64,000 nt of DNA from Haliotis rubra (Eukaryota), in contig NW_025766959.1 in assembly GCF_003918875.1 (NCBI RefSeq), positions 248,001 to 312,000 on the forward strand. Reading direction: 5' to 3'. The stretch's first letter is position 1, and each line of letters starts with the position of its first letter. The position numbers and the translations under genes are program-made. Of the stretch, positions 39,084 to 51,240 are shown piece by piece. The notes under the pieces are model-generated. The model was not told where the DNA came from. It saw nothing but the letters and a program-made list of their open reading frames with translations, and did not search any database.

Positions 39084-39974
39084 ATTGGTTGAGACCTGTG
39101 AACAAGTAAATTGCACCGAGGTGTTGGCCGGAGAAGGTCCTGTTGAAACTAAACTGTTTGTCGCATCACTGGTCCTTAAATGCGACCAACGAAAAACTGT
39201 TTTCCACGATTGCCAAGCAGCGACGTCTCAAGTTTAGGAATAACTGTGAAAAGGAGTACACCCTTCATCACGTCACGTAACCGGTTTCAAACCTGAATTG
39301 ACTCGTTAGTTCAAAGTTGAATGGACTATTATTTAAGTATAATGTAAATATGCCTATCGGAAGACGTAAGTGCGTTTCGTGAAATCCATTATGACACTGA
39401 TAGTCTTGTTCAATACATGTATTATGTCAATAAACGGAGTTTATAAAAAATATCCGAGGTTCACCCCACCCACCTTATGTGTTACGGTTACCCTGCAGAT
39501 GGTCCTCGGGGAGAGTGGCAAATAGGGTTCTCCCACGGGGAAGGAACAGGGAGAAGATTAAGTTTGCATGCTTCAGGTGTTGGAACAATCCTTATCCCGC
39601 TCATATCAATGGGGTTCTCACACAGGAAAAGAAAAAATAATAATCCCGCTCATATTTTCACGTATCATACCCTATTGAGACTTTTTGTTTGTGTTCAGTC
39701 GTTGGATGACTCCTTTGAGAGGAAGTTTTACATTTGGCATATGCTAGGGTCACTGGCATGAATGGGCTTGTCCACTGGAGACTGAGACCATCGCATATAA
39801 CTATTCATCTCTTATCCTACTTTTCTTGCCACAAATACGAAACATCAACCACAAAGAATAACCAGTCTTGATTGTCCGACGAAACAGATTCCATTTTGCG
39901 TAAAAGGCAAAAAAAGCGTCGAAATTATTTTTATCATATCACTGAAACATTACTTCAACCCTTTTATGGTCTGC

Positions 39975-40220
39975 TCGCTTTGGTTTGGTTGTTGTTTAAT
40001 GCCGCACTCAGCAATATTCCAGCTATATGGCGGCGGTCTGTAAATAATCGAGTCTGGACCAGACAATCCAGGGATCAACAGAATGAGCATCGATCTACGC
40101 AACTGGGACACGATGACATGTGTCAACCAAGTCAGCGAGCCTAACCACCCGATCTCGTTAGTCCCCTCTTACGACAAGCATGGGTTGCTGATGACCAATT
40201 CTCACCCGGATCTCCTGGTG
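39975..40220 (-). mobile_element. SINE family B
   Basis: Reverse complement of the family B body and tail. Confidence 0.8.
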
Positions 40221-41276
40221 ATGGTCTGCCTGAAGTTAACACCGTGTACTAACTAGATCAGTGGGTCGTGTCATTGAAAACAATTATCATCACCTTTATC
40301 TTCAGTTTGATCCTATAAGATAGCTACGGTTCTACAGTGTTGGGTAAATAGAAGTAGAGTTTGGTTACAATCTGTAATTTGACAAAATCCCTTGAATCTA
40401 TCTTATAACAGAGCTGACTGTTACCCCAGAAGTTGAGCCATTGATTATCCTGTTCATGCACTCTAGATTCGTTGACATATTTCATTGATAGGACATGATG
40501 AAGCTGGGTGGGTGATGAAAGTTGCGCACGAGGATACCGGAGGAGATATGTTTCAGATCAATGTTGACTTAAGGCGCCATGTTTAGGCTACTTATTGCGT
40601 GTCATGTGGCCCTTACTTAATGGGATGTTTTTCATAATGTCAACCACTGGTTTGTCTGATCCAGACTGTTGTGAAGTGGGTTGAAAATTCTGTTGAAATG
40701 GTTCTACAGGACTGTGAATCATTATTATGTTATTTGCGAACAGATATATTTACTGTAATTTTTTGTGTGTTTTAGTGGCGTCATCAAAGACACATCAAGA
40801 CACAGCACTCGTTCAGTCTGTCAACACTGGGGTCCTGTCAAGTACTGTACACCTGTCACTCGAGTCCGTTTGACAGCAAGGGACGCCATTCGAGTACAGC
40901 AGAAATGTACAGACGAGACATTGGAGATCACAGATTATATTTGAACGTTTGGTTGTAGAAGACATCGCCTACCGATATAAACAATACTATAAATATTGAT
41001 TCACCCTTGCATCAATATATCAGCGGTATCGTCTTAGAAATTAGTGTACGCGGGGACAAGTTCCTCGGTGAGTGCGGTATCACTTTCTGATTTGATTCAC
41101 AGTGAAAACGTGTGAAAGGTTGGGTATTTCTAAGTTAAAGAAAACAAACGGATTTGTCAGTTGAGGCCGTTATGTCATTGATGTCGTGCTGCATGGGTTT
41201 TGGATTGCAGTATTTTTCAATGATGGGGTTCAACAGTTGTGGACACACTTCTCAAGAAAGTCCGTATATTGTAGAG

Positions 41277-41518
41277 TGAGTGAGTGCGTTTAGTTTTACG
41301 CCGCACTCAGCAATATTCCAGCTACATGGCGGCGGTCTGTAAATAATCGGATCTGGACCAGACAATCCAGTGATCAACAGCATGAGCATCGATCTACGCA
41401 ATGGGGAACCGATGACATGCGTCAACCAAGTCAGCGAGCCTGACCACCCGATCCCGTTAGTCGCCTCTTACGACATGGGTTACTGAAGATCAATATTCGA
41501 ACCCGGCTCTTCACGGGT
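41277..41518 (-). mobile_element. SINE family B, full length
   Basis: Starts acccgtgaag on the minus strand; TSD cgtatattgtagag. Confidence 0.88.
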
Positions 41519-41775
41519 CGTATATTGTAGAGATTCTTCAGATGATGTGTGTATGTTGTAGTAAGTCAACGTGGCCAAACTGAATAATTTTGTTGAAAAT
41601 ACTTTTAAAAATCTGTTCATATTCACAACGCCCTTCTCCTTTCTCAAGTAAATCATTATATTTCATTATGCGTCTAGATATCGCTGTAAACATCAGTGTA
41701 CTTGCATATTCTCTCTGTATAAATGTTTGCATGTATATTGATATTCAACATACCTTTTACTGTTCATATTCCCAA

Positions 41776-41946
41776 GGGGCGGTGGGGTAGCCTAATGGTT
41801 AAAGCGTTGGTTCGTCACGCCGAAGACCCGGGTTCGAATCCCCACATGGGCACAATGTGTGAAGCCCATTTCTGGTGTTCCCCGCCGTGATGTTGCTGGA
41901 ATATTGCTAAAAGCGGCGTAAAACCAAACTCAGTCAGTCAGTCAGT
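41776..41946 (+). mobile_element. SINE family A, full length
   Basis: A and B boxes; TSD tcatattcccaa. Confidence 0.9.
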
Positions 41947-42299
41947 CATATTCCCAAAACAACATCAACCAGACAACGCAAGTCTGTAAGCATTTATTTG
42001 GATTGTACAGAAATAATATATTTACAAACTCATTCAAATGTGATTGTCGAGGCAGACAACAGAGAAGACATAGACAAGGTAGGTACATATACACGTGTAT
42101 ATGAAACATAACAGTACTATATGTACACAGTGGGTATAAAGGGTACAGGAAAGGTATCACAGTTTCTGGGGAAGATAGTTCTCAGCCGGCGAGACAGAAC
42201 TAGAGAAATAGAGAGGATGTCCCTTCCATCCTCACAAAAACACCTCGTCCAACGGGAACCTGAGCATTTTGACGTAGCGTCGCCTTCTGAGATTGAAGG

Positions 42300-45200
42300 T
42301 TATTTGTTGGAAACTGCTATTTTACTGAAGCACAGGCCACATGCTTCACAGACTGGAGCCAGACAACAGTTGATGACGGAGCCGAAGAATTTCTGGTAGC
42401 ATCCAAGATAGCTGCCGAACATCCTGAGGCAGGGTGTGAACTGCCAGATGTGTTGGAAGGACATCATGGCGAACTCACATCCCCAGCAGAGAGCCAAGGG
42501 AATAGCACAGATGAAGGTGAGGAAGGTGTAACAGCAGCTCTTGCCGCAGTTGAAACATTTATAGGAGTTACGCCAGACGCAATCTGCACTGTGGGCTCCC
42601 TCGGGCTCACCGATAACATCCTCGAACATCACCTGCAAGCAAGAGAAATGACTTTAGATGTGTGTCAGTTCTAGATTTCAAAGTCACAAATTAAGATTAA
42701 CCGGTTCATGTACGTGTGTACAGAGCACGGGGGGGTTCTGAGGACATCCGGCGTCATAATGATGTGCATATATGTTCAGCAACATCAACAAATGCAGACG
42801 GTATGGATAACATTCAATAATTGGTCTATCCTAAATATGTTTGGTAGTTATAATATAATTTCCGGTGTTTTATGAAATATACTGAAATGAATAACTGAAT
42901 ATTGATTGCTCAAACGTATTACTCTCTCGAAATGTTATCGCCGGATTAGTTATCTTCTCCATTCTTATGAACTTTGTCTTCTTGGGGATATCAAATGATA
43001 CAAAGATGCTGTTTTAATTGTTTGATCGGCATTCTAGAAGTTGGTGAGTCAAAAAGCAAACATACAACTTTATGGATGACAACTTCTTGTTAAATGCGTT
43101 AAGCGACGTTTCTTGAATCTACATCGAAACGTCGCTTAACGCAATCAACAAGAAGTTGTCATCCATAAAGTTGTATGTTTCATTTTATCATGTTTTATTT
43201 TATCCAACTTCATAACGATGTAAGAACTTAAACTATGGCGAGTCATTTTAGAATGGGATTACCAGCAGCACGGGCTAAAGTGAGTGGGATGGTATGTTTG
43301 AGGTTTTGTTCAACATTGCTCGTGCAGCAGCGCATGTCACCTTTACGTAAGAAGCACTTTAGGCGAGACGGTACGTCTTGAAGGTTACCACACTGTACGG
43401 AATCATGACATTGTTTGGGCAACTGAAGATTGTGTTGCATTAAATAATATGTAGTCTGATTACAATTGCCGTAGTGTACGCATCCATTGTTAGGGGTGTT
43501 TACTATTATCTGAATAGTGATAGACAATCACCAACGCCAACAATTACCTTGGTTCAAGCAAACCATAGTCAAAAGGTTCAGCATCGACCTGCGAGTGGTA
43601 CACACGGGAAGGATGTTTAAGCGAACTTAAAAATCAGCTTGTTCCTGGTATAAATTGTTTCACTGTTATTATTGCTACTGCCGCCGCCATATAGTTCGAA
43701 TATTGCTGAGTGCGGCGTTAAACAACAAACAAACAATTTGTTGCTATATATCAACGGCATATATTTATCATCGCAAATCGCAGCTAGTTCATTGTCTGTT
43801 AACACATAAATACGTGCATACAGATAGGTCTCCAAATATGAGTTCATATCAAGAGCAGATATTATCCAGGCCTTTATAACAAACACTTGTAAGTCGCAGG
43901 CCTTTTTCCAACAGAGGCGGCGAGCTATTCAATTTGACAGATCATGTAGTTCGTCTACATACACATCTTATCGCGCACCTAGGGTGGAGGACAAAAGCCT
44001 TTATTGACAAAACCATCCAAGGACATACATTTCACTATTCCTCCGCGGTCCCTACGTGTCAGTGACTGTGTTGTCAAGGACAACAGGTCCCTAGCAACGT
44101 AACAACGATATACAAACGATCCAAACTTTGCACTGCTCGCAATATGTATATTAATGCATATACTATATCTATCATTTTCGATATAAGTGTCACGATATAT
44201 CGAGAATCTGAATTTACAGTTTATTTTTCTTTAATTCCCCTGTAATTCAACAAATATTACTAAACTACGTGAAAACCAATCATTTGAAAGATCTAATATG
44301 TTTTAAGGAATACAGCACATAGCGACACCTACTCATGTTCAAAACAACTTATTACAGTATGCCAAAATACGGGCTCTTAAATTGTTCCGAAGCGTGATAA
44401 GGAGTTCCAGAATCTCTCCAGAAACTTGCTGCACTTGTTTCTCCGTAGATTTATATATTTTTATTATTTTTTAGGACGTAACAAAATACGTTTGCCCGAT
44501 ATGTTACTGGAGAAAACACACATTATACATGGGTCCAGGCGTACAACCAGTAACCCAGTCCTTGCACTTCTACTTTCAATAAAGCTGCATTGATTTCCTA
44601 TGCGTCTGCATTCATTCAGAACCATTCACTCGATACATGGCACGATCGATCACGTATCTCGGTTGATGATTTATGTCAAAGTGTGGTGTGGAGGGAAATT
44701 TGATATAGGCCAACCCACGAACAGACTCATTAAACCCTCGCGTTCAGTTAACTAGATGTAATGAATCCCATGTCCCGTGAAATGAAGCTGGATGATAAGA
44801 GGGTTGGACATATCATTGAAATATGGAACGTCCATGCCAGAGAAAAATCAGCCTTGATTATCCGTCGATCAAGACCATTCCACTTAGCTTAAATGCCGGG
44901 TGTTCTTAAAAAGGGGTAAGCATATCGCCCCCTTGGTAGTGATTGCTATTCATACAATTTGTATAAAAAGTACTTTCCTCACATCTCAATCCCTCACTTT
45001 GGAGGACTTCATAAACATCGCGTATTATTAGCACGAGCGAAATTATGATGACACAGTAAACTTTCTGTTAAAATTCATGACGATTTAACCTCCATGTATT
45101 CCAGTTCAGATAAAAACAATTATTAACAGGACCAAAATATACATCCATATTAACGTATTGAGCATACAAAGAACTTCATTCTATCCGTTTTCCGTATGTA

Positions 45201-45355
45201 ATTTATACATTTACTTCAATTATCCTTTGAAAATGCATTTGCACTGAGGTACATTGTTTTGGGGGTTTTTAAATAACGGTCTTTTAATTAATACGTACCT
45301 TCAGGTGATCATTGAGATTGTTGGGGTCCCTAATCATCATGTCCAGTTCTGCCAT
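42300..45355 (-). CDS. CAV: Caveolin class B copy 7; join(45355-45299, 42632-42300), 129 aa
   Basis: MAELDMMIRDPNNLNDHLK|VMFEDVIGEP; GT-AG intron; AATAAA at 41993-41998. Confidence 0.93.
43058..43180. repeat. Near-perfect inverted repeat (55-bp arms, 13-nt loop)
   Basis: aaacatacaactttatggatgac...gcgacgtttc paired with gaaacgtcgc...gtcatccataaagttgtatgttt. Confidence 0.9.
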
Positions 45356-45562
45356 TTTGAGATTTCAGTAATTAACCCTTACACCAAGTTGTTGAAGGGA
45401 GACTGTCCAGCTGAAACTAAGGCCGTTTGCCTTAACACTGGCCCTTAAATGTGACCAACGAAAATTGTTTTCCCCGATTGCTAAGCAGCAGCGCGTCCAG
45501 GTTTACGAATAACTCGAAAATAGAGAACACCCTTCCACTTATGATGGACGTTGCAGCAGACG

Positions 45563-45580
45563 ACAGGTCACGTGACCTGT
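45563..45580. promoter_or_regulatory. 18-bp palindrome containing GTCACGTGAC (CLEAR/USF-type E-box) upstream of caveolin copy 7
   Basis: acaggtcacgtgacctgt, about 210 bp upstream of the ATG. Confidence 0.55.
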
Positions 45581-46526
45581 ATCAAATTTCAATGCCCCCT
45601 GAATTCACCTGTTAGCTTGATGCTTGTTCAAAACTTTCAGCTATGGTTACCCTAAGGTGGGAGTTGTTTGAGAGTTTTAAGTGATTTGGTAAACATCCCC
45701 TACTCCGGTCCCAGATAAGCAAAGAGACAAGATCAGGCCGATTACTGGGTTAAGGTGCGTCATGGGAGAATTGGCTGGCGAAAAATCAAAATCCCGTGGT
45801 GACTCTAGCCTTGGCATGTTGTAAGGTACGATACCATTTTGCCACATCTTTTACTCTAAACAATTCTTAAAAACAAAATATTTGACATGAGACATGTGGT
45901 ATCTAAAGATGAGTTCGTCAGGTGACTTCAAGCACCTCAGGAGTCAGGGAACCAACATCTTCTGATCCACTTCCTTCAACCCAATAAAGATGTGTCTAAC
46001 GTTTTTAAATGTACTTATCCCCAGCTAACACTATTTTCGGTGCAAGTAACCATCATCGTCATCATCATCATTATCATCATCATTATTATTATTATCATCA
46101 TCATTGTCATCGTCTTTACGCCGTCAAACCACGCAGCATTGGAAATGGAAAGCGAAAAAACATGTATCTTTGATAAAGTGATAGAAACTGTAAGAATACG
46201 ATATATTGATACAATACACACACTGAAGTTCCTGAGCGCTTTTAATAGTATCGATGTTTCACTTTCGACAACTGTTGTATGTTGTACATGTTTGATCGGC
46301 GCTGAAACTATATTTACTGGGGTTTTTTCCTTCTGGGATAAGACCTGGATGTATATCCATCCCGCATAACGAAATGATTTATGAATACTGTGTGTAATGA
46401 TGAAGGCAAATGCCACAGTCATTGGCAGTGTGGTGTCCCCCGAATGTGCTGATAAAGTGATTAGAAGATAAATGACAGTCATTGGCAGTGGGGTGTATCG
46501 CCGATATGTGTTGATAAAGTGATTAG

Positions 46527-46678
46527 AGTGAGTGAGTGAGTTGGGGTTTACGCCGCTTTTAGCAATATTCCAGCAATACCAGAAATGGGCTTCACACATT
46601 GTGCCCATGTGTGGAATCGAACCCGGGCATTTAACGTGACGAGCGAACGCCTTAACCACTAGGCTCCCCCACCGCCCC
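46527..46678 (-). mobile_element. SINE family A
   Basis: TSD taaagtgattaga; A and B boxes on the minus strand. Confidence 0.85.
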
Positions 46679-47491
46679 TAAAGTGATTAGAAGGCAAATG
46701 TCAGACTGTGTTGATAAAGTGAGTTGGAACCAACTGCTTGAATGTCTACATCATATGTTCCTGTAACATACAATGTTTGATACTATAAACTTGGTATGCG
46801 ACAAGCATCAAAACACACACGCACACACGCACCCACGCACCCACGCACCCACGCATCCACGCACCCACGCATCCACGCATGCATGCACACAGGTCGCTAT
46901 ATGTTCTACTCAAAGTCCGCAGAAGATCACCATTTTAGGAGTTAACATAACATTCGTATGCATCTAACCTGAGATATCAAATGAAAAATATGAGATATAC
47001 ACCATATGAAGATTGAACTACCTTCACCAAGGTCACGATATATACTACTTGTTAATGAAACAGACAGTGCAGCATTTCAGTGATGTTATATTGACTACAG
47101 CTACACAGCTGCCAGTTTCCAAAGAGTTATGCCAGAACATTTTCTACGACACAAAATGTAACAAGACGCCTCGTAACGCACTCCCCTTTAAGTCAAAATA
47201 TGCAAGGGGCGGTCTAATCGATCAACACTAGATATTGATGGCGTTGAACACGAAACAAAGCAATAACCTGCTTGATAAAGATGCCAGCATAGGTACCGAT
47301 ACGTTGAAAGCATAAAGAATTTGAAATCCATAACTTATCTCCATCTTCCCCAAAGAAACACCAGCATCTTTTAATAATCAAAGTTTCAAAAAGGTAAATG
47401 TGGTTGCTTCGTATTGAAACACTGTCATTTATGTTACATTTGACTATAAACTATCAACAACGAGGAGAGTTCTATGAATATACAACTTCTC

Positions 47492-47601
47492 TAATATTAA
47501 TATGAGCGACGTTTAGGCGTAGCTACTAACACCGTTATCAAGCAGGTGTTAGGGATGATGGTGTTAGTAACTACACCGAGACGTCGCCCATATTAATATT
47601 A
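47492..47601. repeat. Imperfect inverted repeat (about 48-bp arms), related to the 43058-43180 hairpin
   Basis: taatattaatatgagcgacgtt...ttatc paired with gatgatgg...gacgtcgcccatattaatatta; flanks share caacttct motifs with the 43-kb element. Confidence 0.75.
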
Positions 47602-47734
47602 ATCACACCAACTTCTAAATGCCGCTCGAAGAAGTTATAAGCTATCAGTGCTGTATATAATACGTTAAAATTGTATGTGCTACTATAACATTGTATCTAC
47701 TGCTTCAACATTGTATCTGCTAATCCAAATTTTT

Positions 47735-48365
47735 ATATGGTATTTCAGCAGTGTATATGGTATTTCAGCAGTGTATATGGTATTTCAGCAGTGTATATGG
47801 TATTTCAGCAGTGTATATGGTATTTCAGCAGTGTATATGGTATTTCAGCAGTGTATATGGTATTTCAGCAGTGTATATGGTATTTCAGCAGTGTATATGG
47901 TATTTCAGCAGTGTATATGGTATTTCAGCAGTGTATATGGTATTTCAGCAGTGTATATGGTATTTGTATATGGTATTTCAGCGGTGTATATGGTATATGC
48001 TATTTCAGCAGTGTATATGGTATTTCAGCAGTGTATATGGTATTTCAGCAGTATATATGGTATTTCAGCAGTGTATATGGTATTTCAGCAGTGTATATGG
48101 TATTTCAGCAGTGTATATGGTATTTCAGCAGTGTATATGGTATTTCAGCAGTGTATATGGTATTTCAGCAGTGTATATGGTATTTCAGCAGTGTATATGG
48201 TATTTAGTGTTTCATTTCAGCAGTGTATATGGTATTTCAGCAGTATATATGGTATTTCAGCAGTGTATATGGTGTTTCAGCAGTGTATATTGTATTTCAG
48301 CAGTATATATGGTATTTCAGCAGTGTATATGGTATTTCAGCGGTGTATATGGTATTTCAACAGTT
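47735..48365. repeat. 20-bp minisatellite, about 30 copies
   Basis: (gtgtatatggtatttcagca)n. Confidence 0.97.
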
Positions 48366-49579
48366 TACATGCTGCTGTCCTAGTGTGGTGATCTACCTTC
48401 AGTTGTTGGCGATCTATAGCCAGTTTTTATATGGTATTGTCCAAATAGTGCTATTAGTTTTAACTTTCCACACTAGTTTTAGTTGTAATTGTGATATTCT
48501 AGTTGTTTTAGTGTCCTTCGTCGACAAGTTTTTATAATATACATATATTCCATTTCAATGTCAATTATGTTCTCGTCACGATATGGCTGCAATATTGCCG
48601 ATGTGACGTTATATATTAACTCACTCACTCACTACATGCTGCTGTAATCCTGGTAACATTAACATGAAATAACTCTATATAAGGACAGAAACATCCTAGA
48701 TTCTTTACTGCGCCATCAAATGACATGTAATTGACCATATACTTCATATGAATATTTTTCGATTTAAATCCTCCAAGACATGTCGAACACGAGGATGGAT
48801 ATTTGCACTAGATCCTTCAGATGTGTTTGTTTAATGGAGAAATCATCGACTTCTTCAATATAGTGCTGACAGTAATTATCGCCAACCGCCGGATATGTGC
48901 TGTTTGTGTTACACGTGGGAGGTCAGATCAGATCAAAGCTTGAAAGAGACATGAAATTGACTTCCATGGTACCCGACCCATATTGATGATATCGCAGTAA
49001 TAGGCGTCAGACTGGTTCAACGTCGTAATGAAATCAATACCTTCTATCAAGATGCTAGCTGGCCAACCCTGGTAGCGAAAGAATGAACGAGCTCTCTTTA
49101 CCTGTACACTAGTGGTTGATAGCATAATCAACGACTCAAAGCACATAGAAAAGAAACACAGCCAACCAATCCCCATTGTACCTGGCTATTACAAGCATGA
49201 GGTACTCGTGACCTTTCTGGCACCTGTCTTTATGAGCAGCATCAGTGATATATACATCAACAGCAACAGCCATTACAACATCGACTACAACAGTCATTAC
49301 AACATCGACTACAACAGTCATTACAACAGAAACGCCATTTAAACAGGAACCGTCATTACATCTACAAGACAACAACAATTCCACAATGAATTGCTCTTAT
49401 ATTGTTCAAAGTTTACTGAGGACATCAGTTTCATGATGAACGAACGGGAGCAGTCATGGACACTATGTGCACTGGGTGTTTGCAAACCCATGTTTGTATG
49501 TAACGTGTTAGGTTCGTTGCACATCATTATCAGGGAACACAACAACATTTTCTGAGGATTGCAACAAATGAATGTACTT

Positions 49580-50530
49580 ATGCCATCTCAGCGTCTAAGG
49601 TGTCGTTTGACAGCAGACAGACTAGGTAGGTGCATAGACACGTTTCAAACTATTTCAACACACTTTGACGTCTTTGGTGTAAGCCAAAGTGTGGTGGCAG
49701 ACATTTAGACCAGCTTCCCAGTGTTATGCGGGTGGTCGACAGCGCTTAACTACAAAGCGGGAAGGTCTGACCTGATAGCAGCAAGACATAATCACTTCGT
49801 TACTGCCTCCACACTCAGAAATGACCTGCGGAACTCAAGTGGCTTTAAAGTTCTCCGACAGTGTGTAATCGTCACCGTGAGGTTGGTCTCCAGTCACGGA
49901 GGGCTTGTAGTCGTATCCGGCTGACCCAACAGGCAGGTACGTAGGGATTTGGCTGAAGATCACGTGAGCTGGACAGACAAGGACTGGAAAGTATTTCTTA
50001 CTGTCAAGACTTCAAAGATGGTCGTGCCCGACTGTTCAGGGTTCTAAAACAGCCGAAAATGGCCGCTATTGATCATGTTTTTGGGGTGGATGAGCAGAGC
50101 TCGAAGAACCGATCCTACAGCAGAGCATGATGACAGGTGTGTGCAACAGGGCGGGCATTCTGGATGTATGAGACAGTGCAGTCAGTCAGTGCAGTCAGAT
50201 AGTGCAGTCAGACTTCATCCTCATGTACGATAACATGAGACCTCATTCTGCCAGGGTCGTTGATGCCTTCCTAATAACAGGGGTCATTGTCCGCAGGGGG
50301 TCATTGTCCGCACGGAGTGGCAAGTCCGGTTAGAAGAGGTCAGTCGTATCGAGCACATGTGGAACGAGCTGCACATCTAACAATGCCTTGTCCTTCTGGA
50401 AACTCTATAGGAACTTGGCAATGGTTTTACTGAAGAGTGAAGCAATCTTACCATGACAACCATGCAGACACTGACTGAAACAACAGTCTTATACTGTGAA
50501 TGCATCCTTGACCCTATAAATGCTATTGAG
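49580..50530 (+). mobile_element. Highly degenerate Tc1-like transposase remnant
   Basis: Recognisable fragments HVSWTDKDW, ILMYDNMRPHSARVVDAFL and IEHMWNEL, broken by stops and frameshifts. Confidence 0.65.
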
Positions 50531-50774
50531 GGCATTTCTTTCGTGATTTTCGGTCAGATGTTTTCATTTTGACGGCAATCGGACTGATTATTGGCCACAT
50601 GTTGTTGGTTGGCATTGGGTGGCACAACAGAGTAGAGTCTTCGTGGGATATTTTCTCTGGCTACTTCAACAGATGCATACAGGTCCACTTATTACCTCTT
50701 AAAGTAGTGGACCTGTACAAACTATGAGTAGTATGTATAGCGAGGTATATGAGAGTGCGTGTGCGTGTGCGTGT

Positions 50775-50809
<35 letters not shown>

Positions 50810-50844
50810 CGTGCGTGCGTGTGCGTGTGTGTGTGTGTAAAACA

Positions 50845-51050
50845 ACCAATGCGTGTCGAAGAAGGCGACTAACGGGATCGGGTGATCAGGCTCGCTGACT
50901 CGGTAGACACATGGCATCGCATCGCAATTGCGTAGATCGATGCTCATGCCGTTGATCACTGACTTGTCTGGTCCGGACTCGATTATTTACAGACCGTCGT
51001 TATATTGCTGGAATATTGATGAGTGAGGCGTTAAACAACAAAAAACAACA
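50845..51050 (+). mobile_element. SINE family B (5'-truncated), next to a (GT/GC)n microsatellite at 50755-50838
   Basis: ggcgactaacgggatcggg...gctggaatatt...ggcgttaaac. Confidence 0.75.
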
Positions 51051-51085
51051 TATTGACTCTCAACTGGCCCGTCTTTTCTGTATCA

Positions 51086-51240
51086 CCGGTCGGTGGTGTA
51101 GCCTAGTGGTTAAAGCGTTCGCTCATCACGGGTTCGATTCTCCACATGGATGCAATGTGTGAAGCCCATTTCTGGTGTCCCCTGTGATATTGCTAGAATA
51201 TCGATAAATGCGGAGTAAAACTAAACTCATTCACTCACTC
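51086..51240 (+). mobile_element. SINE family A
   Basis: tagcctagtggttaaagcg, ggttcgattc and a (CACT)n tail. Confidence 0.8.

Noticed and set aside
46015-46659. 214-aa minus-strand ORF
   Set aside because: Composite of a SINE, a local duplication and an (ATC)n microsatellite.
47675-48537. Long repetitive ORFs in all three plus frames
   Set aside because: Artefact of a stop-free 20-bp minisatellite; no splice or protein evidence.
48928-49384. Faint caveolin-like hydrophobic pattern on the minus strand
   Set aside because: No FEDV/EP signature or exon 1, and multiple stops; similarity not distinguishable from chance by eye.
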